Below, piece by piece: positions 1 to 11,243 of a DNA stretch of 64,000 bases (position 1 is the stretch's first letter; the number at the start of each line of letters is the position of its first letter). Under the pieces are notes generated by a model. The model was not told the DNA's origin. It did not search any database and was given only the letters and a program-made list of their open reading frames with translations. The position numbers and the translations under genes were made by a program. Source of the DNA: Lama glama (taxonomy: Eukaryota); assembly GCA_028534125.1 (NCBI GenBank), contig CM052816.1, forward strand, positions 69,566,001-69,630,000, read 5' to 3'.

Positions 1-934
1 TCTCTACCTTTGAACATTACAAATACTTTAATACCATGTAAGGGGATGATCTTGTGTGCTTGCAGGACAAACATAGCTTTGACTTATTGCTGCCCAGCAG
101 GGTCAGTGTTAACTTAGATGAGAAGCTCCTAGGACGCTGTAATGACCATTGTAGGGGAGGCACCATAGTGTCCATAGGGGGTTAAATATTTTTGATGTTT
201 TGGGCATGTTTGGTTTTTTATGGGGTGAGCCCTAGCCAAACCGTTTACTAAGCTGAACATCAGTTGTTGAGTGTTTGGGGGAGCTTTTTTTTTGGAAGCA
301 TAGTACCACTTGCTTGCCACACTCTATTCCTAAATCTTTTGGGTAAAAATAATCAGTATCACTTTTTTGAATAAAATGCCAAGAAGCTGACTTAATTATG
401 CTGTCTCTTTAAGTTAAATTTTTGCTCAAGAACAGCTTGAGTAACTGAATTGTACCTCTCAGAAATGTGAGAATCATTGGGGTTAAGGAGGCACTTGCTT
501 ACTTACCCTTTCAGGATTGATCTTTCAGTTCAGCGTGGCTAATTTTTACTTCCCATTCTCTAGTATTTGAAATTTTCTCTTAGAATTTGTGCATACTTAC
601 TTGGTACAGGAGGAGTATTTTCCAAGGCACTTGAGTGTCTCCTGCGTTTTCATTGTTCAAAATTGTTCCCAGCTTTTAAATGAAAACCCTTACTGAGGAG
701 ACGTGAGTGTGTGTGTATGTATATGTGTGTTTCTGGTCAAATAACATAAAAATTACTTCTCTGAGCCCCCATGACTTTTTCCTTTGGTCTTGACAGATAC
801 TTTATTTATTCTTATTAAATGTGGTTTGTTTATATCTAGTTCTTTGTGTGAAATTCATGCTTAAGAAGAATGGGGTTGTTTGGGATATATTTTTTCTTAA
901 ACCAGCTGGACTCTTATTAACTCTAGTTTGAAGA

Positions 935-995
935 TATGTATGTGTATGCATATATGTGCACATGTATTTATATGAAAGGGTGTGTGTACACACAT
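935..995. repeat. Degenerate (TG)/(TA)/(CA) alternating purine-pyrimidine repeat
   Basis: tatgtatgtgtatgcatatatgtgcacatgtat...gtgtgtgtacacacatg. Confidence 0.75.
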
Positions 996-2797
996 GTCAG
1001 CTTCTTACTTGAGTGGTTTTTCAATTGTAAGATTTGAGAGAAGGAAAAGAAAAAGAAAAGGAAAGAAAGATCTGTTAAGTAAGAGGACAAAGGAATGCTC
1101 TCTTAACTGGGCTGGAATTGAAGTTTGTGTTTCATTTAAAATGACAAATCAGCAAATCCCTCTTCGGCTCTGTTGCATCAAGGTGAATTTTCCCTTCATT
1201 CTGGGCTTTGGATACAGTTTGCCTGGACATCTTCCCAGGAAAGCCCCTGTGTAAAACCCCCATTAAAGCAAAGGCACCATAAAATCATTTCATTTCCATA
1301 ACGCTTGTCTTCTGACCTATGTGAAATGTACCAAACTCTTGAGGTGCATATTCTGGGTCTTAACGTTACTAAACAAAACAATGAATACAAAATTCTCATA
1401 TATGCCTAAACTGTGATACAAAAATGAACATAAAAGGTAGCGATTCTTTCCTTCCATGTGGTGAAGCAACTTGGGGAAAGAAATGAGACTTTCGGCAGGA
1501 AGAAAATGTCAGATTTTTGGGGGGCGGCTGCAGAGTGCATTTCACTGCCCTAAATTCTGGAATTTTATTCAGAATTAAAGAAAAAAGGATTTCACTCGTA
1601 GTACTTATCTTAGTGCTGGGGCTGGAGTTAGCACTGCAGATCTCACCAAAGCAGGACGGGTATTTCAGGCAGACTGCACGGTTTATTGGCTACCATTAGT
1701 TCCCCAAACTAAACAAAGAATAATAAATTATATGAATGTGGGTTGTTTCTTATCTCTTGCTGGAGGCCATTGCTAATTTTAGGGCAAAATTAAGTGGGGT
1801 TCACTCTTTTAGGTAATTACAGAATAAACCCCATTTAATTACACTAGTAAACAAACATGTAGCAAAGTGGAACCCGTACGCAGTTCTGGATCCACTGTTT
1901 AAGGTCCTTGGGACCTAGGGTACCTTGAAATGCAGGATGAGGTGAAGGTGCTGAGGATTGTATTAAAAAATCAAGCAAGAATATCGGCCTTCTAACTTAA
2001 GGCCAGTATTACCTGAATTCCATGCCAGAAAATTTCAAGGTAATGAAACATATCAAACAGAAAGTTCAGTGAGGACGCACTCCGGGGGAAATCCAGCTGA
2101 ATAAAGTTCAGTAGCAGATTCCACTTAGATAAACCGTTGACTCCGGAAAGCTGTATATCTCTTGGAGAAGCTTCTCTCTATTTTTCCTTCTTTCACCCAC
2201 TGCAAAAGCAAACAAAATGAAAGATAGGGGAAGATAAAGAAATCATGTTCATATGCTGGATCAATTTCTAAGTCAATTTTGACCTTTATGGTAAACTGTT
2301 TTCCACATCTGCCGACCATAAATGTCTACATATGGTAACAGGTAACTTGCTTTAATACCATATAATCTGCAAGGAATAAATAACTAGGCATTGTAATTAA
2401 ATGGCAGTTACCATTATAATTGAAGTAGTTACATGGTTATTAGTACCCCATTAAATAAGGTGATAGTGTTTTTATTTTCATTATCTATTGTAGAAGTTTC
2501 TTCTTTCCATACTTTTAAAGATCATAAATAATTTTGGTATTCTCTGACATTCAGTGAAGACATTGAAAAGTAGGTTATTCCTCCAAGATACCTGGTAAAT
2601 TATCCTCTTCGTGAAGAAATGTTAAATATGGAAGGATTCATTTTGTGTTAAGATTTTGATTTTGTTAGATGGTCACCCATAGTTTAGAAAAAAAAACAGT
2701 CAGTATGGAGGAATGAATTTTTGGCTATAATATTTCTAATGTGATTTTAGAAATTCTTGAAAATCACATTATGAAATGTTAGTAGTTACCATTACCA

Positions 2798-2902
2798 TTC
2801 TTTTTCTTTTTTCCCCCTTTCCTTTCCTCTTCTTTCCATTCTTTTGCTTTTCTACCTTCCCCTTTTCTTTCCCTTTCTCTCTTCTTTTCTTTTCTTTCTC
2901 TG
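2798..2902. repeat. CT-rich low-complexity polypyrimidine tract
   Basis: ~100 nt almost only C/T (ctttt/cccttt units). Confidence 0.85.
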
Positions 2903-4515
2903 ACTACTGCCTTTTCCCCACAGATAATTAGTATGATATAAACTGTATAGGTTTAAAAACAAAACCAGGACTTACAAGAAGTCCCCCAAAACTTGTATTT
3001 AATTAATATGTAATTTTAAAAGTTAGAGTTCCCCTGTTTTATGGTGATTGTCTTCATTCCTGATTCCAGTATTTAAAACAGGAAAAGTTTTAGGCCTTCC
3101 TGGTTCAGTTCGTATTGTCTGTAGTACACTGCACCATCCCTACCAAAGAGGAGCATTGAATCTGAGATTTGATGCGTTTTAGTTACTCCCCCTACTCTGA
3201 TCCTCTATATATGGCTTCTTTGCAAACAGTTTTGTGCAAGCAGACATGACTTAACTCCACTCCCTACGTAGAGAACTATTCAACTTTACTTTCATGTGTT
3301 TTGAATACTGCCTCATCTGAGACTGTGACAGCAATAAAGTATGCATGGCCAACCTTATTTTAATAGCACAAGAGAGCTGCTTTTAATTAATAAGTGGATC
3401 TCTTTATGTCTGGGGATTTTGGTTTATTTTGTGGCTCTTTGGAGTTCTGCAATTATGTGGCCTAAAAGGGCTATGTTAGTGGAGACTAAATCCTTTTAAA
3501 AATCAGTCATTTACATGTTTTGTGTCTTTAATCTGTGTTTTCAGATTACAGTCTTAAAGACAAGGAAAAAAAAATCCAGCAGTAGCAGTTTTTCTCTAGA
3601 ATGTGAAAATCTACAGCCCATAATTGTATGTATTTTAGCAGTCATTAATGGAACGCAGCATCCTTGTACACTGATAGAAGACCAGCCATCCTGTTGACTT
3701 ATTTTTATCATCTGTCCAAGTTGCTTCCAATAATCTTCATATTGTGTATTTCCCCATTTGACATCTCCTTTTAAATTACTAAAAAGTTGGTATAGCTTTG
3801 TATAAAGCATCTACTAGGTATCTTTTTGAGCACTATAAAAGGTGTGCAAAGGCTCTTCCATGCCGCTGATGCTACTGTAGTCTTGTCTGGTGTGCATAGG
3901 TTTGGATTTAGGTTAATCACACCTAGGATTTCAGCATGCACCAGCACTTGTGCACCGTGCTCCCTCCCAGAGTGGCTTTATGGGTACACCAGGAATCCAG
4001 GGCCAGACTTGGACCCACGGTGACCCCAAATAAAGTGAATGATTCCTCAGTGGTAATATGGAACACTTTGATAACTGACATAGGAATGCCAGTATCCAGG
4101 CTTGCTTTTGCTGATTCGTGATCTGCTTTCTTTAGAAGATATGTTCTATGTACTTCTGCATAAGGGGTAACAGAGATGATATTTTGAAGTATTGAAAAGA
4201 ATTCTCTGTAGGAGCAGGAGCATTCCATGTTTACAGGCATGAATGTCTTCTTGGCTGGGTATTAGGTTAGTCTGTGGATCAGTAGATTTTAAAATTTCAA
4301 GAATTAAACCTAAAGAATTAAAGCTCTTTATACATTGAAAGGAAAAAGATGTTACATTTTTTTAAAAGTTAGAGGTAAAACTGTGAGCCATCTGACTTTT
4401 CTGATTTCTTTTTGGCTCCCAGCATCAAGTGTCTTTTGAAAGCTTCGTTGGGTCAGCTTTAATGGGAGGCTGCTCTGGGGAACACGGCCACTGTATGGGC
4501 ACTGTTAAACAGTTG

Positions 4516-4530
4516 GCAGTAGGTGGCAGT
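4516..4530 (+). promoter_or_regulatory. Candidate CTCF core motif
   Basis: gcagtaggtggcagt matches CCASYAGRKGGCRSY at 14 of 15 positions, in sequence I do not recognise as a repeat. Confidence 0.5.
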
Positions 4531-6549
4531 ACTGTTCCGCTGCAGCATTTTAAAATCACATCAAATACTGCCTTAACATTTCATCCCCAGTCTAACTTTG
4601 AAAATGCTTGATTAGCTACATTAAGCAATGTTTGGGTGGTGTTTTTTTCTTTTTTTCTCTCTCCTTTTAAACTTACAGAATTAAAGCCACAGCCTGAAAG
4701 AAAGCCATCCCTGGTAGACAATATGATGATCAGTTGTAACTGAGTCATTCTAATGTGGGAAATGGCATATAGGTTTTTTAACTATATCTATATAAATGTA
4801 TAAGATGGTTAACAAGAATGATTATAGTTTCTCACTTACTTTGTCTTAAATTTTTTCTCCTTAATTCTATCTAGGGTAACATCTGATCACTATGGTAGAT
4901 CATCTGAGATATGCATTTGTGTGTACATGTTACTTCTTTTTATTCCTATGGGTCTACACATACACCTTCCAAATGAAATACTTTTTAATCCTGTTAAGGT
5001 TTCTGGGTGTATATTAACTAACTGGTAGGCCAAAATAGCTAATGTCTTTGTAGTTTTTATATATTGAGAAGTTCAGAGAATAAGGCTATTTTGGGGGAAG
5101 GAAAACCTTCTTACTGGGTTTTTACGGATCCTGTATAGAAACATGCTGTATAGAAAAATAGGCTGTTCTTCTATTTGTCTTTGTGATCCAAATTATTTTG
5201 TAATAGTTAACTCTATTTTAGGTTGAATATAAAAATAACTGTGTATAATCATTATGTAAATGGAGTCTTGCACAGTTATTGGCAGTTAATGTATTTCCTG
5301 AACTTCTAAAATTTTAAGATATTTTTAGGGAAGATGCCATGTACTGTGGGAGGGGGAAATTGGTAGTTTTTCTTTTTTTCTTTTTAAGAAACAAAAGCAT
5401 TGTGATACTAATATTCCATTTGAAAAGAAGTTAAATACATCTTGTTTTGTGAAAAACTTTGGGAGGAGTCTTCATTTCAAATTGAACTGAATTTCAAGAA
5501 AAGCATGGCTTGACTGTTTATCTAATTTTTTGGTCATATTTTTAAACTGAATCTCTATCTAGAATTGTAAAATGAATAATTATAGACTTAATCTAGCTTT
5601 TTTTTTTTAACTTCAAGACCTTTAAAAACCTGGAATGTAATGTTTTCATTCTCTATTACCTTTGAAGGCTTTAGCAGGTAGAGCAGAAGGGAGAAAATAT
5701 CTGTGTGTTGTTGAGTATAAGTGTTCTGTTTCAGTTACTGTTTTATGCTTAAGCTTGTGTGGATAGACTATGGCCTTAACTACTGTATAAACTTGAAATT
5801 TGCCACATGAGACACAACCCGTGATCACCAAAGCACCCAGTGATAGCATGTAATTCCTGACAGGTTTCGTTAGTATCTTTTTAACCCCCTGACATGGTTA
5901 ATACATTTTAAAGATTCATTTATGGGAGGGGGGCGGTGCGTGTGGACACACACATACACGTACATACACACACGATGTAGAAACAACTATTACATTACAA
6001 CTGCTATAAAATAAAATATGTTGGTGGGAATTTGTGTGTAGCTTATGCTCAAGTATGTGAAAATTGGAGACATAACATATTTAGCGTCTCCCAGCAAACA
6101 GATGAATGTGGCAATGACAAATTTGTGAGTTAGTTTTAGTCTCGTTCTTCCATCAGATCCAAGCCAGCCAAGAAGCAAATAAATCAGTTGCTCACAGTAG
6201 TACTCAGTGGAGTGAAACTCTCGGTGTAGGAAGAACTTCCTATCTCCCTGGGAAGTTTGGCTCACAGGGTGATGAGAATTAAATAGTGCCTGGATGGTTT
6301 GCGGTTGAAATGGTGCCATTGAGTGATACATTTTGAAAGAGGAGCTTAAAGTTTTAAAGGTGTAATATTGACTGAAAATTTCCTGTCGAAAGGAGTTCAC
6401 TAAGGCCAGACCCGTGTTTGTTTCTGCCTTGTTAAATACCTTGGGAGAAGTCAGAATTCTTCCCATTTGACTTACAATAGAGATTTCTCAAGCAGTGTTT
6501 CTCTCTAGCCAGCTATAGGATGAGGGTGGACAAAAAAATTTGGCTTTGT

Positions 6550-8450
6550 TTCTATTTTATGCACAGCCAGACTTGCTCTTATGTTTGTAATATTTAAAGG
6601 AGTTCAATAGGAGGCCCTTGATTCTTTGATCTAATGCCACAGTGCTGTTTAATGAGAAAGGTTTTTCATATTGTGTGCAATATTGAAAATTTCTGCCAGC
6701 TCAGACCCATATAACACAATGTTAGATTTACACCTTGGAATCCCTTCTTTTATTTCTTGTCCTGAATCCACCATGCCCTCCCCCCTCCTCTCCCCTCCCC
6801 TCCCCAGCTGAAACAGGTAATTACAAAGGTCCTCAGATCAATTTTTGTAAAGGGGCACCCTGACGGGTACCATGACTGAAGTGTGACATGAGCCTTTTCC
6901 AATACAATGGGTGGCCTAACATTCCTCTGGACGCCCAAGCTCATTAAATATTCGGTTCCTTTTCTCCCCCCTTCTCCCCCCCTCCATACACTTAGCTTGA
7001 GTCGCACTAAGTCTGGGGTTTCTTCACTGAAGACTTAGGAAAATTGCTTCGAGTTCTCAGATTGAATTTTTTATGTGTATGACTTCATGATAGCATTAGC
7101 ATGTGCTTTGATCCATGTGTGAATGGCGCTGGGTCGGCGCTTATTGCCATATCCAGATGGTGTTACAGGGAACAAACAGTTGTGTTTTAGGATTTCTCAA
7201 TAGACTGTCTAGACTGGCCGTGCAGCAGACAGATACAGCCACCCATCAAATTAGCGTTTGTCAGATTTATGGTAATGGTTCACCAAAGCCTTCCTGTCAT
7301 TGACATTAAGATTTACGCCTCCAAAGTTATTTTGTCTTCCACAGAATATAGCTTGTGATGGCTCGGATTTAAAAAAAGAAAAAGAAAAAACTTTAAAAAA
7401 GTCTTGCTGAATGTGAGCTGTTTCTGAATGAAAAGAAACATATAAAAGGAATTAAACAGTGGCTGCGGCTTAGGGGTTGTATTGATCAGGGAAAAGCACC
7501 CCCCACCCCCCTCTCCCCACCAAGTGATCAGAAGGATGTTCTGTTCAGGTTGGTGTCTCCCATTTGCCCTTGTTGGAAAGAAAAACACGTACATGGGTGA
7601 CTCTAACCAGATTTTGCCCTTTCATGTTGTTACTCTGGAGTAACGTGATCTGCTGCCCCAACGCGGTGGGAATAACCTTTTGACAGGCAGTATGTCCATT
7701 CTCGGTGGAAATGTTTTCCCAAGTCTGGCCAGGCCGCCTTTGATCGTACCTCCTTCCAACGTGGGGTCACAGCTACTATGCTATGCTAGAGTCACCGGTT
7801 CCTGCGTGGAAAGTGAGAGACATGAGGGTTTAGAATAAATAAATAAATATGACCCAAACCCTCTGAAATTCTCAATCACTGACGTTCTGGAGCTGGAAGG
7901 ACGGAAATGCCCACATGGGGAGTTCAGGACATTTCGGGTTAAGCTTCGTGTGTGTCTTTTTGCATAAACGACTTAAACAACGTGTTTTGCACAATTTCAT
8001 GCGAAGCACTTGGATTAGTGAGGGTTGTTCCCATCCCAGACATGCTGAGGCATGTCTGAAAATGTGTCTTCTTATAGTATGTTAGTGTAAATGACAAATG
8101 GTGAAGAGGCTGGGGGTTGATGAAAATGCCGAGACAGCCAGGCCATGGCAGACAGTATGTAGGGAAGCCGGCTTTGCAGAGGTGAAAAGCTCCAGCATTT
8201 TTCAAAGGAAGTTCTTTCATCTGTCTGCGAATGGGCATTTGGGGAAACCCCTGCTAACCCCTTTGGTATGTCAAGACCGAGAACTGCTGCCTGTTCTGTT
8301 ACAGGGCGGAATCCCTGCAGAATTCTCACTGGCAGGGTATCTCTTATCCACTCCGTTGGCAGGCGAGCTGTGATACCCATTACTCAATATAGCATTGTCT
8401 GTTAAGTCAGTCCTGGACTGCAGGCTTCCTGCTAAACTCCAGTAGCCCCT
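6550..8450. promoter_or_regulatory. Candidate intronic enhancer / conserved non-coding block
   Basis: No recognisable transposon, visibly more CpG than the flanks, and clustered TCF/LEF, MEIS, PBX-HOX-like and E-box motifs. Confidence 0.45.
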
Positions 8451-10306
8451 GAATCTCTGTGGTGGTAGTTTTCCCCTCCCTCCCTCCCTTCTTCCCTCTT
8501 CCCTCTCTCTCTCCCCCACCCCCTTTACTTTTGCCACACAGTAATCATTTGATAGACTGTTTGGGGCTCTTTGTAAAAAAGCTTCTTGCTCATGTGTATG
8601 TGTTCAAATTTAGCGATAAGTATATTTTACCAGTTGTCACAAAATGATGTAATTAGCCCTCAAATAAATTACATATCAACAAATTACATTCTCTCCAGTG
8701 ATGATAAAGTAATGGCATTTTCACTTTTGCCATTTTTTCAAGTCCTTAAAGATTGAATTCAGTAAAAATATTTTTCTGTGTTAATTTCTTTGAGCATTCA
8801 TATTTGGCAGTGTACTTTTTAGTGAATTATGACCAATTTATTAAAAAGAATTCGATTGTCTCTCTTATATGAGTATGAAACTAGAAGATTCCCCCCAAAA
8901 TATAGAAAGTCTTGCTAAACATATTTTTCCTCCAGAGCTTCCTCTTTCTCTTCTTCCCTCCCCCTTCCTGCCTTTCTTTTTTACCTCCCTTTTCTTTCTG
9001 TTTTTGCTCGAATGGCTAAAAGAATTCTTTTTACAAAACGTATTTCTTAAGGAACCTCAGTGATTTTTTTTTAACTTTGTTTTAATTTCCAAGTCATTGT
9101 TAAAAGGGTGATCATTTGAGCAATGTCTCTAGTAAATCTAATTACAACCACCTTGTCTTTGGCATTGCTTAATCGGTGTTGTGGCAATGGGAGGTTTACT
9201 GGGAGTTTTCTAAGTTAGTAGTCTAGCTAGAACAGTTACCGTTTTTTGACTTGAACTGTTTTAAGTTTGTTGTAATGAACAGTATAACTTTTACAAGACA
9301 CATTTATAGTGTTTTAAAAATGTTAACTGCCCTTCTTACACGTGTGTTTTCTTGAAAATTGGAAGGGTTGAATGGAATGCCAGTCTTTCATTAACGTGTG
9401 AAAGTTATTTGAATAAAATCCTTTTTCTTTAGTTGAAGACTTGTTCTCTCTGGGAATCCTCCCCCTTTGTGATTTGGGCTTTACTATTTTCAGGATGAAA
9501 TTGTGACTCTACATTTGATGCTCTATTTGCTTGGTCAGACAATGTATTTAAAGGAATCGTAGGTGGTTAGTTAGAGCTTGAGGATGTTAGACCTTAGTGA
9601 GCATCTCCTTCTACAATCTTATTTTTCTGGTTGGAGAAACAGAGGCATGGCTTGCGAAGTGTTTTTGCTCAGGCCTGACTGCCATTCAGGTTTCTCACTT
9701 CCTGCTTACCTATTAAATCATTACTTTTTGGGAGCTGGAGGTAGAGTCACTCTTTCTTGATTATTTTACACAGCCCCAATCAACCATGCTGTATCTTTCT
9801 CACTCTCTATTTAACAATTAGTTCAAAGCTAAGAAAGTACATTTCATCTTCTCTGAGCAGATTATACCAATAGAAAAATTATTTAAAAAATCTGTTGTGA
9901 CAGATACTGTTCACTATATATCCGATAACCATTTATGCATTATTGCTAAAAGAAGCCTAGTTTTAGTTGAAGTAGCAGTGTGTTTAGGCCTAGCCAGTGA
10001 ATTGTCATTTATCTAAGACTCTGGTGTTGTGTCCCATCTGTGTTGCTTGATTCTGATCATCTGATCAATGATCAGGATGGGATGGGGTGGGTGGGGTCCC
10101 CTAAGGTGCTTTTGGGTAAACATTTGCTTTCTTGTGAAAAGGGACAGATGAGGTTGACTCAGCCTTGTTGGTCTTCCTCTCACCTTGAACAGGGATGTGA
10201 CATCTGGAGCTGCTGTAGCCTTCTTGCTAGCTGGGAGGAAAGGCGAGCTTCTTTTTTTTAAGTGAGTCGTATTTATTTACACCAGTGGTTGCCCTTTTGA
10301 TTAAAC

Positions 10307-10512
10307 CAGTGGTTGGCAAATTATGACCTACAGGCTGGCTCTGGTTTTCGTCAGTAAAGTATTACTAGAACACAGACACGCCCACTTACTTGATATTGTC
10401 TGTGGCTGCTTTCATGCTACAATGACAGAGTTGAGTTGGTGCAACAGAAACTCTTTGGCTCAAAGTCTAAAATATGTACTCTCTGACCCTTTAAGCTTGC
10501 TTTCCCTTGGTT
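10307..10512. mobile_element. MER58A-like hAT-Charlie DNA transposon
   Basis: cagtggttggcaaa...gtaaagtattactagaacacag...gtctgtggctgctttcatgctacaatgacagagttgagt...aaagtctaaaatat...tctgacccttta. Confidence 0.85.
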
Positions 10513-11106
10513 TAAAGCACTGTAAAGTTAATTTGCCACTACTTGCAGCCAAACACATTCCTAAAATCAACCAATACTCATGATCCCAGTTTTGTGACTT
10601 AACACTTCCACCTGCCCAAAATAATCTTGTCTGGTCAAGGAAGTTTGCTCCAGATGAGTGTATCCCTCATTTACTCACTAATCTTTATATTCTTCTTAAA
10701 CTTTCTGATTATCTTTGTTCTTATATATTTTTTAAGTAAGACGAGAATGTAAACATGTTTCATTTAAGTACTACCTAAACTTGTGTCAGCTCTTCGATAT
10801 CCCAATATTATAACTGTCTAAGACACTGCTTTCTGGAAGGTAGAGAAGGAAAATTGCCAGGGCTCTGAGTGCATAGGGTCTTTTGATGGATCTTAAAGTC
10901 TTAACTGTTAGAATAGCTCCTGCCTCCCCTGACAACTTGTTGCCCTTGGTGATCTAGAAGGACCGGAGAAACCTGGCAGGAACACCCACTCTGTGACCAT
11001 ATGAACTATTTGGTACACACCAACAAGCCACTAACCTGCTATGGGATGATTAATTGAGAATGCTTTTCTGTTTAAGTAATAGTTCTAATTGGATAGTCTA
11101 TCTTTT

Positions 11107-11243
11107 TTTTTCTTTTTTTTTTTGAGTAAAAGTAAATTTATTTAGAGAGATGTAAATGGTAGGGGGGGTGGTTAAAGTAAAAGGTAGATATACACTCCAT
11201 AGACAGAGTGCAGGCCATCTCTGAACGTGAGAGAGAATGAGCC
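11107..11243 (-). mobile_element. Short polyadenylated retroposed fragment with TSDs (probably the 3' end of an ERV LTR transcript)
   Basis: Poly(T) at 11103-11123 and AATAAA on the minus strand at 11137-11142. TSD tggatagtctatctttt (11090-11106) / tggacagtttatctttt (11244-11260). Confidence 0.7.

Noticed and set aside
5990..6466. 158-aa minus-strand ORF
   Set aside because: No recognisable domain or splice context. An ORF of this length can arise by chance across six frames of 64 kb.
7832..7850. aataaataaataaa as an intronic poly(A) site
   Set aside because: Indistinguishable from a short (AAAT)n microsatellite, with no clear GU/U-rich downstream element.
8355..8370. CAG|GCGAGC as a GC-AG donor joining the 91-aa ORF to exon 2
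   Set aside because: It is phase 1 relative to that ORF while exon 2 begins in phase 0. The compatible frame has a TAA at ~8255 and no ATG after it.
10278..10318. 11-bp direct repeat accagtggttg
   Set aside because: Short, and the second copy overlaps the MER58 terminus. Consistent with chance or a local duplication at the insertion edge.
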